Virus record (IMG/VR): IMGVR_UViG_3300020421_000003
Reading direction: 5' to 3' (one strand)
DNA from: a virus
DNA: 64,000 nucleotides
Shown: one piece after another, positions 17,301 through 26,661 of the stretch
How positions within the stretch are numbered: the first letter of the stretch is position 1
Layout: every line of letters begins with the position of its first letter
Made by a program: the position numbers and the translations under genes
Notes under the pieces: generated by a model
The model's database searches: none
Told to the model about the DNA's origin: nothing
The model's input: the letters and a program-made list of their open reading frames with translations, nothing else

Positions 17301-20300
17301 TTGGGATCTTGAGTGGAGGACTTAGTAAGCTCAATAACCTTAGGAGTCACATAACCGCTGACATTGACGCCATCGAAGAAGTAATACATTCTTGTGCGAG
17401 GCTTCAGACGGTCGATGTTGAAACCGATGTTTCTGGATCTAATCCAGGGGATTGCTGTTTGTGACAGCATGGTATCACCCAAAGACTTTCTATCAATCTT
17501 GGGCGTAACGCGAGTTCTCACGCCTTGACGTGCCTGGTTGTTAACAACACGATAGGTGCGTCTCTCGTGGATAAACAGAGGTTGACGACCCTGACCGTGA
17601 CCCAATCTACCAAGTCTACGACCACCAGAAGAGAAACTACCAGATCTGTTAGAGAATCTAGAAGTAGACTGGACGGATTCACCAGTCCAGTTGGTTTGCC
17701 AACCACCCCATTGGATAGGAGCAAAACCATTCTGGTCAATTTGAAGGTCTCTAGCAACAGCAGAGAAGTCACCTTCAACGTTTTCAACACGAGCAGGAAG
17801 ACGCTCGATATCAATCCAGTCGTCAGATGCAGGTGTCAGGTCAATACGACCAATGAATGTAAACACGTTGAATGGGTTAACATTCTCAGTCCTAGATGCA
17901 TATGGTTGGGTAATGATTTCCAGATCTTCATAAGGAAGCATCACCATGTTTCCAGAAGTCTTAACGACGTTACTGGATGCACCCATGTTAATTTGCAGGG
18001 GCACGTTAGTGGTGTAGTGCGAAGGACGGAGGTGACCCTCTTTGAAGTCCATGGAGCACTTATAGTCAATGTTGAGCACGTCACCAACAGTGTGGTCGGT
18101 GAAGTCATCCACAACATAACCATTCTTCAGACGGTCGAAACCGTTATCATCATAGGTCTTAGTGTTGTCTGCTTGTACTTCCAGCAGAGACAGTGAGGTG
18201 TAATACTCAACGTGGGAGAGTCTGGTCTCCAGATCTCCGATGTCCTTCATGGTATAACGCTTGATGATCTCAGGATAGATCAGGACATCACGCTCAACGT
18301 CATACACATATGGACGCATCTCAATCGTTGCGAGAAGCATCGCATTGTCAATCTTATCAGGATGAGGAAGATCCTCAGAGGACACACCTTTAACAATCTT
18401 CAGTTGATTGTCATGTGTCAAATACAACTTGTCTGCTCTAGGAAGGTAGTAGCAGTAGTCACATCTAAATTCTGTGTTAACCTTAGGAATGTCAAAGATG
18501 GTAGATCCACCGACACCACCAGAGGTATCAAACTGTCTAGATCCAAAATCAAGCGAAGCACAATTCACAAAGAAAGGTGAAGTAATCGTGCCTGATCCAG
18601 ATGCTAATTCACCGATGCCAGGACGGAAGTCAATCTGGTCACGGATATAGTTAATCGATCCATCCAGTTTATACTTGGGGATTTCCTTATAAAGGATACC
18701 AGTGTAAGACTGGGAGGAGAAGTAGTCGCCTGAAGACTCATGCAAGAAGTAGTCAAAGACCACAAGTATCTTACGGATTGGTGGGGAGAATCCAGGAAGA
18801 CGAGTCAGTTTACAAACATCATAGAAATGTGCTTTCTGACCAGACTCTAACTCAAACTGAGTTGTGATAACTTTAGATCCCTTAGAAACAGATCCTTCAG
18901 AGTCATCGACAATTGCCTGCAGAGGAGTGCTGTCATCATCAACACCATCAATGGTCTCACCAGGGATGAATGGAATTTCGTTAAGTGCAACAAAGTATAG
19001 TCTCAGTGTGCTGTTAACAAACTGGATAACTCGACCACGAGCACCAGAGGTCTTACCTACAACAACTGATCCGTTATCAAAGAAGGTAGATTCTGACAAC
19101 ACCATATAAGGTGACTCAGCGTCACTGTCATTTTCAGACTCATATACAGCATGAATCTTATAGACATCATTCAGTGCGAATGAAATCTCTTCATCCTCAA
19201 TACGAGTGCCATACAGGTTACCATATGCCAAACCATACTTAGTCTGGTCATTGTTAACTCTTGTGCGAGTCACCTTCATTGCACGCATCTTAGCGGCAGT
19301 CTTAATCTTTCTGGTGACGATATTCTTAGAGATAAGAGCAGTCAACTTAACAGTGTTGACGTTAGTCAAACCAGAGATGGTAATAGACTGTGCATCAGCA
19401 CCGAAGGTAACAGTCAGAGATCCAAGGTCATTGAGGTTATCAATGTCAAGGTTATCACCAACGTTATATGAAGATCCAGACTCAGCAACAATCGTCAACA
19501 CATAGTTTTCATCATCGAGTGATGCAAACTGCTCTGATTCAGGCAGAGACACAGTAACACCACCAGACACAACGGTCTTGTTAGCGAATGTCCTGTAGAC
19601 AAAGAATGATTCGTCAGAGATTGACTTCATCGATGTGCGAGGTGTGTCAATAGACAACTCACCATTCTGATAGTCTTTCTGGAAGATGAAAGGACGCATC
19701 CTTACCATCTCAGCATACTCACCATCAGCATTGCCACTACCCTTCTTGAGGGTGGCATCCATAACGGCGGTTTGGTTGAGGTAGTCAAAGATTGGTGTGC
19801 CACCTGTAGCGATGTTACCTGTGTTGGTAGCGATCGATGTGGGGTCAATTCTCTTAATTCTTAAAGTGTTGCCACCATTCAGACCAGATGCAGTTGTAGT
19901 GACAACATCACCAGGACGGAGATCCTGTGCAAACTTGGTCCTGAAACCTGTAGCAAGAGCACCCGATCCACTTACAGTAACAGTAGAAGACTCAATAGAA
20001 GCGTTGTCATTGAGCAACCAGTTTGCTGCGAATGTTACAACGTTGCTATCATTTCTACCGATACAACGGCGGACATCAGATAGGTTATAGGTATGTGCTG
20101 CTTCCAGTGTGCCAATAACACGACCATCTCTTTCAATAACTTCATTATTAAGGAAGAGACCAGAGACCTGCTCTAGTCTGCAGTTAGTGCCTGATCCTGA
20201 TTCAGCAACGAAACCACGAGCACCAGAGGTGCGACCTCTGAGCACATCACCAACAGAAACAGAGTTGTTACCAGATGCAAAGTTGATAGCAGTAAACATC

Positions 20301-21694
20301 TGTGGGTCAAAGAACCACATGTCATACTGGTTTGCTTGATCAACTTGGATCTGGACGATACGAGCACGACCGATTTGATTACCGATGATGCTGTTGGATA
20401 CGCCAGTATTCCAATCATCATACATTTCGATAACTTGGTATGCATCAGACACACCCTCACCAGTTAGGTTAGGCCAACCATACTGATCGTAGACCTTAAC
20501 AAAGTTACCAAGTCTGAAGTGGATAATACCGTTTTCTACACAGGCAAAATCTCTAGGTTTGGGGGAGTCAATATACTGAGGTGTCAGGAATTCAGTCCTG
20601 TACCCTTTCACGTACGCTCTACCAGGAGAGATCTCATAAGTTAGGAGATCATCTGTAGGAGAATTGTTTTGCTGAGTCGTCTGAGCAGGAGTGTAGACCC
20701 CGTTGTTAAAGCCATCATCCAGACACTCTCTTGGTTTAATACTGAAAGTGTCGATAACATAGTCGCCAGACTCTTCGTAGGTCCGACGTGCCATCGACTT
20801 CTCAAGCTCTGAGTATGCAGTATGATCAACAAACTGCTCAACTTTACTATTATTGATTCGTAGTAATTCAACGAAGTTTTTGTCAGTTGAATCATTGATT
20901 GCCTTCTTGACAAGAGTGGTCTTAATCTTAAATCTGTGACCGCCAGGTGCTGAGTAGTTTGAAGTGCCTGCAGCGTTGTCATTCAGTGACGGATCGTCTT
21001 CTGGAGTAACAATAGACTCACTAACTTCCAAACCAACCCTGTAAGAAGGGTTATTGCTATATTGCTCAAGGATCAAGTTTGCTGATTGGACATCAACAAA
21101 GTGACCTCTAATAAAGTACACACCATTGTTAATGTATGCAGCAGATGCAACCGCAGTAGAGTCAACGGGTAGCAACTGTCCAAATGGTGATCCAATTTCG
21201 ATCAGTGTTGTGCCGAAAGTAATCTCGTTTTCAGCAAGCAACTGCTCGTTTGATTGGAATCCTTTAATGCTGGTATCAGAAACTGTGTCACCAGACTCAA
21301 TATACTTAACGTATATCGTAACGTAACCACGCTCAGATTCTGAAGCAGGAATTGAATACAAGACCTTTGCTTTCACGCCAGTCGTGATGCCCTCAATGAT
21401 CTGACCGTGAAGTTGTGTCCTATAGGTTTCAACATCGACACCCAGGAAGGATTGTTGCAGGATGATTGCCTGCACATTCAGGTCATATCCGACCTGACCA
21501 GGGATAACCATCGCACCTTCTTTGAAGAAGTGTTGACCGATGGATTCAATTTGATTCTGGAGAATCGATTGCAGAGTCGTTAACTCACGCGCTTGGATAG
21601 GATACCCAGGGCGAAATAGCACTCGGTAGAAATTCTTGTCCTTATCGAAGTCGTCGAAATAAGGAGCAATATTTAGATTGGTATTCTGGGGCAT
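14387..21694 (-). CDS. 2435-aa virion structural protein (DUF4815 / VrlC-like)
   Basis: MPQNTNLNIAPYFDDFD..KNFYRVLFRPG..IQARELT.LQSILQNQ, ARRTYEESGDY, RLKNG.VVDDF, DPLAQSF, GVLFKSQNASTW...Q.EDLKF, DLR.IALA; follows gp8. Confidence 0.9.
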   Translation of the reverse strand: MPQNTNLNIAPYFDDFDKDKNFYRVLFRPGYPIQARELTTLQSILQNQIESIGQHFFKEGAMVIPGQVGYDLNVQAIILQQSFLGVDVETYRTQLHGQIIEGITTGVKAKVLYSIPASESERGYVTIYVKYIESGDTVSDTSIKGFQSNEQLLAENEITFGTTLIEIGSPFGQLLPVDSTAVASAAYINNGVYFIRGHFVDVQSANLILEQYSNNPSYRVGLEVSESIVTPEDDPSLNDNAAGTSNYSAPGGHRFKIKTTLVKKAINDSTDKNFVELLRINNSKVEQFVDHTAYSELEKSMARRTYEESGDYVIDTFSIKPRECLDDGFNNGVYTPAQTTQQNNSPTDDLLTYEISPGRAYVKGYRTEFLTPQYIDSPKPRDFACVENGIIHFRLGNFVKVYDQYGWPNLTGEGVSDAYQVIEMYDDWNTGVSNSIIGNQIGRARIVQIQVDQANQYDMWFFDPQMFTAINFASGNNSVSVGDVLRGRTSGARGFVAESGSGTNCRLEQVSGLFLNNEVIERDGRVIGTLEAAHTYNLSDVRRCIGRNDSNVVTFAANWLLNDNASIESSTVTVSGSGALATGFRTKFAQDLRPGDVVTTTASGLNGGNTLRIKRIDPTSIATNTGNIATGGTPIFDYLNQTAVMDATLKKGSGNADGEYAEMVRMRPFIFQKDYQNGELSIDTPRTSMKSISDESFFVYRTFANKTVVSGGVTVSLPESEQFASLDDENYVLTIVAESGSSYNVGDNLDIDNLNDLGSLTVTFGADAQSITISGLTNVNTVKLTALISKNIVTRKIKTAAKMRAMKVTRTRVNNDQTKYGLAYGNLYGTRIEDEEISFALNDVYKIHAVYESENDSDAESPYMVLSESTFFDNGSVVVGKTSGARGRVIQFVNSTLRLYFVALNEIPFIPGETIDGVDDDSTPLQAIVDDSEGSVSKGSKVITTQFELESGQKAHFYDVCKLTRLPGFSPPIRKILVVFDYFLHESSGDYFSSQSYTGILYKEIPKYKLDGSINYIRDQIDFRPGIGELASGSGTITSPFFVNCASLDFGSRQFDTSGGVGGSTIFDIPKVNTEFRCDYCYYLPRADKLYLTHDNQLKIVKGVSSEDLPHPDKIDNAMLLATIEMRPYVYDVERDVLIYPEIIKRYTMKDIGDLETRLSHVEYYTSLSLLEVQADNTKTYDDNGFDRLKNGYVVDDFTDHTVGDVLNIDYKCSMDFKEGHLRPSHYTTNVPLQINMGASSNVVKTSGNMVMLPYEDLEIITQPYASRTENVNPFNVFTFIGRIDLTPASDDWIDIERLPARVENVEGDFSAVARDLQIDQNGFAPIQWGGWQTNWTGESVQSTSRFSNRSGSFSSGGRRLGRLGHGQGRQPLFIHERRTYRVVNNQARQGVRTRVTPKIDRKSLGDTMLSQTAIPWIRSRNIGFNIDRLKPRTRMYYFFDGVNVSGYVTPKVIELTKSSTQDPNSNETPFVVGETVVGQTSGARVLVAPANDGYKTDPYGVGAAALAESYASQTNFLNIDITAMAETVNPNFYGNVNVGEVLLGLTSGARAVVRDRRLLADNVGNLQGTFFIPSPKNDSNPRWATGTRTVRVTTSDTNDRTPGNVDSSADASYSATGTLQTVRENILAVRNAEIVRDTVNDQRTVITTRTEQRQIGWYDPLAQSFICDSEGGVFLTGVDIFFRTKDANIPISIQIRTMENGYPTKDIIPFSDTTIDPDTVELSENASIPTRFTFRSPVYIKSNIEYCFVLLSDSNEYNVWISRMGDVDVTGTRTISEQPYAGVLFKSQNASTWTADQYEDLKFTMYRAEFTSNLGTAIFNNAELGKGNNGIHRLIENPIQTLKPKQTLTLPVGSNYTFTVGARIIQTPSGAEGTIVEFDATSDPETITISDIDGIWSAGFLDANNNTFQGIASSQSVATIILSAIFNGTFEVGDVVSGSTSASTGVVTAYDTGTQTLTLNYITRAFDVSDTLSEPGGTSATITSVNYSGDSYDAFPTSAPSYPNDDKEVLVYHRNHGMHQRSNNVEVEGIISEVPSTTLTTTLTAGATSIQVNDGSQFHTIIGGSPIGNLNQGYLKIEDEIIQYSAISGNGQVITVATSGRGNNGTADVEHPSGAIVECYNLDGIPLTEINKVHTNISCPWLDTYMLHIDSVATNGIRGGGVDVYASQNVQFETITPTVSTMVMADTNLSARLNTTTATSVGDGSTVVDQNSFINNGTYVDIVLNEQNQFTAPQMVASKINEQNKLDGNKSLTMSIMLETEKSSLSPCIDLDRVSLITTSNRVNMWPGGQSTYGQQSQIDRDQDVSTLAIGDQNDAVYITRLARLGREARSLKIDFQVTRHPATELRIYYKAFKVGDATDPNTIGWTQMGLPTSNQNLGEAYDTTPTEEYLWKDYTYEARGLNFNAFQVKIVMRSKNQARVPLIADLRSIALAT

Positions 21695-21697
21695 CGT

Positions 21698-23233
21698 TTA
21701 GAACTCTACTACGATCTTAATGTCTTCGATTTGGTCACCAGCACGAGTGATAGCGCCTCTATTATCTATGTAAATAACCCGACCTGAATTTGGCTCAACC
21801 TCTGGTTTTGCATAACCGTTGGTAAAAGACATACCCAAGTCATACTCAGTGTTGTTAATAACACGAGTAGAGGATCCTGATACAATTGGGAAGTTAATAT
21901 CAGGGTCGGCAGATGCACCAGATGTTGCACCCACGACAGGGTTACCACCCTCAAATTCAATCAAACTACCAGTGAATTCAGGGAAGACACCATCAATTCT
22001 ATTCTGGTAATACTTAAGCACTTTGGTTGTGCTATTCCATGAGATCACACGCCCACGGGCAGTCACTTGCTGACCACCAATCGTACGAGACTGTGTGATA
22101 ATTTCGTCAGTAGCAAAGTTACCTGTAAAGGTAGGAGCAAAGATCACTGACTTTGTGGCGGACAGAGTAAGATCTGCTGCCAATTCTGTTGTGCCGAATT
22201 TGTTGGGGTTGATCACCAGACCAATACGACGGTAGTCGTTATCAGTTGGGAAGTCACCACTACCCTCAGCATAGGTAAACTTGGTGTTAATCATGACGCG
22301 ATATCCACCCATCTCTGTCCCTGGCTCAGCACCATGACCGACAGTTGGAGGAATGATCACTTCAACGGTGCCGCCTGATCCTGCACCTGCACCGATACCG
22401 TTGACTTCATCGATGATGACTTTACCGAAGGTGTATCCTGATCCACCCGAAGTAACAGTAGCAGATACAATGCGACCCCCATCGACAACCAGAGAAACAC
22501 GACCGCCAACACCATCTCCTTTGATAGGCACATTCTCGTAGGTTCCATTGTTATACCCAGCACCAGAAGATGAAATAATAACTGTATCAATCTCACCACC
22601 GATTGCATCGGACACCACAGCGGTGTCACTCAGCACAGGCATATACTCATTGGAGAAGAATTTCAATACGAGACCCACAGGGATCGTATACATATACTTC
22701 CAACGATAACCGTCAGCAGTGGTAATAATAGAAGTTGAAGTACCCGTAGGCTCAACAGTAGAAGGCTTACCGTTAGGATCACTAGGGGATGTCCCGTTAT
22801 AGATGCACTTATAGACTTGATACGATGAGTTAACAACGTAAAAGTCTGCATCATAAAGTTTGGTAGCACCAGAAGACGCGGTTTTAGTTGCGCTGTAGTC
22901 ATGACGATACATATCATAAACATAACCCAAGCCACCAGTGGTTTGCTCAGGAGGAATCCAGTCAGTCCTACGAATAACTTGAATAGTATCATTCGCCAGC
23001 ACCCGCTTCATTGATATCATGTCAGCGAAGTCATCGCTAAACTCTTGGAAAGAGTCTACAGGATCGGGCGCTGCATTCTCGTTATCCCAAGGTTGGGGAC
23101 GACCGATGAAAACATACAGACGATCACGACTACTTCCAGCTTCGCTATCAGTCTGAGCAGGATCGGGTCCTTGCAGAGACTTGATAAGTCGGCTGGCAGT
23201 AAAAATTCTAAATTGGTCGGTTAGTAGCGCCAT
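21698..23233 (-). CDS. gp8: Baseplate wedge subunit gp8
   Basis: LYVFIGRPQPW, YDMYRHDY, FYVVNS.Y.VYKCIYNG, DGYRWKYMYTI, YIDNR..I.R..DQ.EDIKIV.EF. Confidence 0.95.
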   Translation of the reverse strand: MALLTDQFRIFTASRLIKSLQGPDPAQTDSEAGSSRDRLYVFIGRPQPWDNENAAPDPVDSFQEFSDDFADMISMKRVLANDTIQVIRRTDWIPPEQTTGGLGYVYDMYRHDYSATKTASSGATKLYDADFYVVNSSYQVYKCIYNGTSPSDPNGKPSTVEPTGTSTSIITTADGYRWKYMYTIPVGLVLKFFSNEYMPVLSDTAVVSDAIGGEIDTVIISSSGAGYNNGTYENVPIKGDGVGGRVSLVVDGGRIVSATVTSGGSGYTFGKVIIDEVNGIGAGAGSGGTVEVIIPPTVGHGAEPGTEMGGYRVMINTKFTYAEGSGDFPTDNDYRRIGLVINPNKFGTTELAADLTLSATKSVIFAPTFTGNFATDEIITQSRTIGGQQVTARGRVISWNSTTKVLKYYQNRIDGVFPEFTGSLIEFEGGNPVVGATSGASADPDINFPIVSGSSTRVINNTEYDLGMSFTNGYAKPEVEPNSGRVIYIDNRGAITRAGDQIEDIKIVVEF

Positions 23234-23257
23234 TTGTTACCAATTATCCTATAGATT

Positions 23258-23265
23258 TATTTATG
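23258..23265 (-). promoter_or_regulatory. T4-type late promoter (CATAAATA)
   Basis: Intergenic, ~25 nt upstream of the gp8 ATG. Confidence 0.75.
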
Positions 23266-23268
23266 GGG

Positions 23269-25152
23269 TTAATACTCACCCTCATTTCTGAGGAAGTTGT
23301 TATACTCAACTGCGATGATTCTTGCTTGGGCACCAGAGGTGTTTCCTTGCACTGTCTCACCAACAGCAAATTTGTAAGTTGGGTCATTATCTTGAATCGA
23401 CTTAACATCTAGATAGAATTGACCTGTCTTAGGTCCAAGTCTTCTATTTGTCGTTGTTGCAGCAACACCAGATGTTTGTCCAGTAACAATCTCTTCACCA
23501 CCTGCAGATGGGACAAAGAATAGAGATGAAGTAATGTATTCAATTGTAATAATACCAGTGCTGATATGGGCATCACCATCTCCTAAAGCACCTGCAGACT
23601 GGATAGTAGCAACTAACTGGTTAGGACTACCATCATAAATCTGATCACCAATCTGGAAGAGCGTGGTGTTGGTGCCACCTAATTCTTCCTCAATACCATA
23701 TTTAGACGAGGCAATGCCCCCATCTAAATTAACTTGGTTTTCATAATCTGTGCCGACATTCAAAATGTCGGGAATGCCATCTCCAAACTGCTGCACACCT
23801 TCAGCATCAACAAACTCCTCATCGTCATCTTCAAACCTTCTGTTTTGAATGACTGACAAAGGTGTAGTAAATGCAACAATTTCGCTGCCTTCTGCTTCAA
23901 TCAAAGTATGTGGTGCAACACCAGTGCCACTTGATCCAGAAGTGCCTGCAAAGAATGCAATAATCTTAGACTTCTCACCTGATCTGCCAGCATCAATAAA
24001 TGCCAACTCGTCAACCTGGAATGTCAGATATAATGCTCTTTCAGTCTCATCCCAATCATAAACGATAGCGACTCTGTTACTTGCAGATTCAATGACACGT
24101 CTAACTTTATCCGTAACTTGGAAATCATAAAGCGTGTCTCCAGTACTAGGATCATTCTGGAGAGTGTCGAGAATGACCTTCTGGTCAAATCTAAAGTTTG
24201 TGCCCCTATCACATCCAATAAATGATGTGTCAGTTTTACCTGTATATCTGACAACTTCTCTACCGAGAAGAAATTTACCAGATCCAGGATAAGGTGCAGT
24301 TGACTCAACGTGAATGGTTTCATCACCAGTGCCAACGTCAGTCAGAATACCTGACAAATTGTAAACAACAGAGTTTAGAGACTGTCTGTTTCTTGCAGTC
24401 TTGATCAGGTTTGTATCTCTAGTAAAGATAACCTGAGGAGCATTTACATAACCATCACCACCTGCTAGGAGGTCAATAGATGTAATAGATCCAAGATCAA
24501 TAAATGCCGAAGCACTAGCACCAGATCCACCACCACCAATAATTTGAATTAGAGGAGGATCTTCAAAGAATTCACCAGGATTGGTGAGGGTAATTGCAGT
24601 AACTTTACCGAATGGATTGACACCAGCAACACCAGTTGCACCTTGTCCACCACCACCTGAGATGATAATGTTGACATCTTCTTCAGTATAGTTTCTGCCA
24701 AACTCTTCAATAGCAAGACCTGTAACCAGACCTGTAATAGGCACCAACTCAGATCCAGATCCACCACCACCTTTAACTTCTGCTGCAGCGGCAAAGTATT
24801 CATCACCAAACTGAGTCATCTGGATGAAGTCAATAGCACCGTCTTGCTTCAGGAAGATCTTTCCTTCAGCGGGGACAGTTGCACCATCATCAGTAATTTC
24901 CAGACGCATGGGATCATACCCTTCGCCAGGATCAAGGACTTCTACAGCAGTGATCTCACCCAGACTGCCATCGATGACTGGTCTAAGCACAGCATCCCTA
25001 ATAGGAGTGCCACAATTTTCAATACGAAGTCTAGGGGGGTCAGCAGGATCATACCCACTACCTCCCGCAGTAACATAAACTTCTCTTACCCCGAATATAC
25101 TATTAAATACGGGAAAAATTGAAGCACCAGATCCAGGGACTGTTCTTGTCAT
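23269..25152 (-). CDS. 627-aa baseplate-associated structural protein
   Basis: Repeats of I.x.x.G.GY...P.V...GGGG.GA.A shared with gp7/gp8; TAATG coupling to the upstream gene. Confidence 0.75.
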   Translation of the reverse strand: MTRTVPGSGASIFPVFNSIFGVREVYVTAGGSGYDPADPPRLRIENCGTPIRDAVLRPVIDGSLGEITAVEVLDPGEGYDPMRLEITDDGATVPAEGKIFLKQDGAIDFIQMTQFGDEYFAAAAEVKGGGGSGSELVPITGLVTGLAIEEFGRNYTEEDVNIIISGGGGQGATGVAGVNPFGKVTAITLTNPGEFFEDPPLIQIIGGGGSGASASAFIDLGSITSIDLLAGGDGYVNAPQVIFTRDTNLIKTARNRQSLNSVVYNLSGILTDVGTGDETIHVESTAPYPGSGKFLLGREVVRYTGKTDTSFIGCDRGTNFRFDQKVILDTLQNDPSTGDTLYDFQVTDKVRRVIESASNRVAIVYDWDETERALYLTFQVDELAFIDAGRSGEKSKIIAFFAGTSGSSGTGVAPHTLIEAEGSEIVAFTTPLSVIQNRRFEDDDEEFVDAEGVQQFGDGIPDILNVGTDYENQVNLDGGIASSKYGIEEELGGTNTTLFQIGDQIYDGSPNQLVATIQSAGALGDGDAHISTGIITIEYITSSLFFVPSAGGEEIVTGQTSGVAATTTNRRLGPKTGQFYLDVKSIQDNDPTYKFAVGETVQGNTSGAQARIIAVEYNNFLRNEGEY

Positions 25153-26636
25153 TAGACAACCACGATATTACCGACCATTCCAGAGTGAATGGTGCATTGA
25201 TAGACATATGATGTGCCTGCTGCAAGCGTCATAGGCACGGTCCAGTATTGGACACCAGATTGAGATCCACTCACACCAGCAGTTACAGCAGATCCACCAC
25301 TCGTCTGTCTCAGAGCAAATGGGTGAGCCGTAGTAGTGGTGTTGTTGAATCTATATGTGAAACCACGATAGACATAGATGGTTGGGTTTCCACTTCCATT
25401 CCATCCATTGTTGGAGAAGCTATATCCAGTACCTGTGCTTCCAGAAATCTCGAAACCAACAGCAGCAGATGCAACCGCTTCAATCTCACCGTTTGTATTA
25501 GTGATGAAACTCTGATTCTCTGATAGAGACTGACCACTAGCAAGAAACAATTCAGCAGCAACACTAAGTGTGCTACCAGAAACAGATGTAGTAATACCGT
25601 TTCCACCAGCAATAGTTGCTGATGCTGAAGTAGATCCAGCAGTGATTGTGCCAGTGTCTCCGCTGATTCCACTAAAGATATTCTGGTCAGCGTTAGGTGA
25701 ATCGTTAGTAATCGTTAGATTATCACCAGAAACAGCAGTGGAGATCCCAGTGCCACCAACAAGATTAATAGTAGCAGTGGCAGAATTAGCTGTTTTGGAT
25801 CCCGAATCAGATCCGACAGTCGCGAAAAGGTTTTGATCAACATCTCCCAACGCTCCTGTCATGTCAATTGTTAACGTATCTCCAGCAATGGTCGTGGAAA
25901 TGTTTGTGCCACCAGCCACAGTGAGCACGTCAGTAGGAGCAGACGCAGTAGTAGACCCCGTATCAGCATTAATACCCTCAAATAAATTTTGTGTAGTGCT
26001 GCCACCACCAGATGCAGTAGCATCATTGTCTGGATACCAGTTGCTATTAGCAGCAGACCACTTGAGGACCTGACCATCGGAGGGACCACCACCAACTGTC
26101 ATGTCAACATCGTTTAGCTCACCGATACCAGATCCAGCATCAATCAGTTGGACCCAAGCACCACCATGTGCAAAGTATCCATGATTCTCAGCATGGACAT
26201 GTGCAAACATACCATGATGATCTCCTGCAGCAGGAAGATCTGCTGTTTCGGCAAAATGGTTTGTATACTTTAACTTACCATCTGTGCCATCAATATAGGT
26301 CAGAGCACTTCCAGTGCCACCTGCCCAAAACTTAATATCACCGCTACCATGAGGTTTGATAACTACATCACCATTAGATGTAGATCCAATCTCAAATCCA
26401 CCAACGTCTAAATTTGAAGTTAGCGTGTCAAAATTTCCCTCAGCAAATTGAGATCCATTCCATTTCATTAATTGTCCTGCGGAAGGACTTCCAATATTCA
26501 CCAACAGGTTGGTGTCATTACCAAGAGCGGTATATAGTTCGTCAATAACGCTATTCAGTTTGATAGCACCATCTCTGAGACTATCACCTGTCCCGTCGTT
26601 TGCTGACGATCCAATACTAAGATTCTGTTTTGCCAT
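25152..26636 (-). CDS. gp9/gp10-like baseplate-attached fibre with a C-terminal cupredoxin-like domain
   Basis: N-terminus MAKQ...IG...NDGTGD.LRDGA.K.N....ELY (gp9/10 N-terminal motif); three T..A....D.L...GG..I.T repeats; C-terminal HPF...YQCTIHSGM.G.I.V. Confidence 0.8.
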   Translation of the reverse strand: MAKQNLSIGSSANDGTGDSLRDGAIKLNSVIDELYTALGNDTNLLVNIGSPSAGQLMKWNGSQFAEGNFDTLTSNLDVGGFEIGSTSNGDVVIKPHGSGDIKFWAGGTGSALTYIDGTDGKLKYTNHFAETADLPAAGDHHGMFAHVHAENHGYFAHGGAWVQLIDAGSGIGELNDVDMTVGGGPSDGQVLKWSAANSNWYPDNDATASGGGSTTQNLFEGINADTGSTTASAPTDVLTVAGGTNISTTIAGDTLTIDMTGALGDVDQNLFATVGSDSGSKTANSATATINLVGGTGISTAVSGDNLTITNDSPNADQNIFSGISGDTGTITAGSTSASATIAGGNGITTSVSGSTLSVAAELFLASGQSLSENQSFITNTNGEIEAVASAAVGFEISGSTGTGYSFSNNGWNGSGNPTIYVYRGFTYRFNNTTTTAHPFALRQTSGGSAVTAGVSGSQSGVQYWTVPMTLAAGTSYVYQCTIHSGMVGNIVVV

Positions 26637-26661
26637 GGTTGGTAGATTTCTACAGTGTTAT

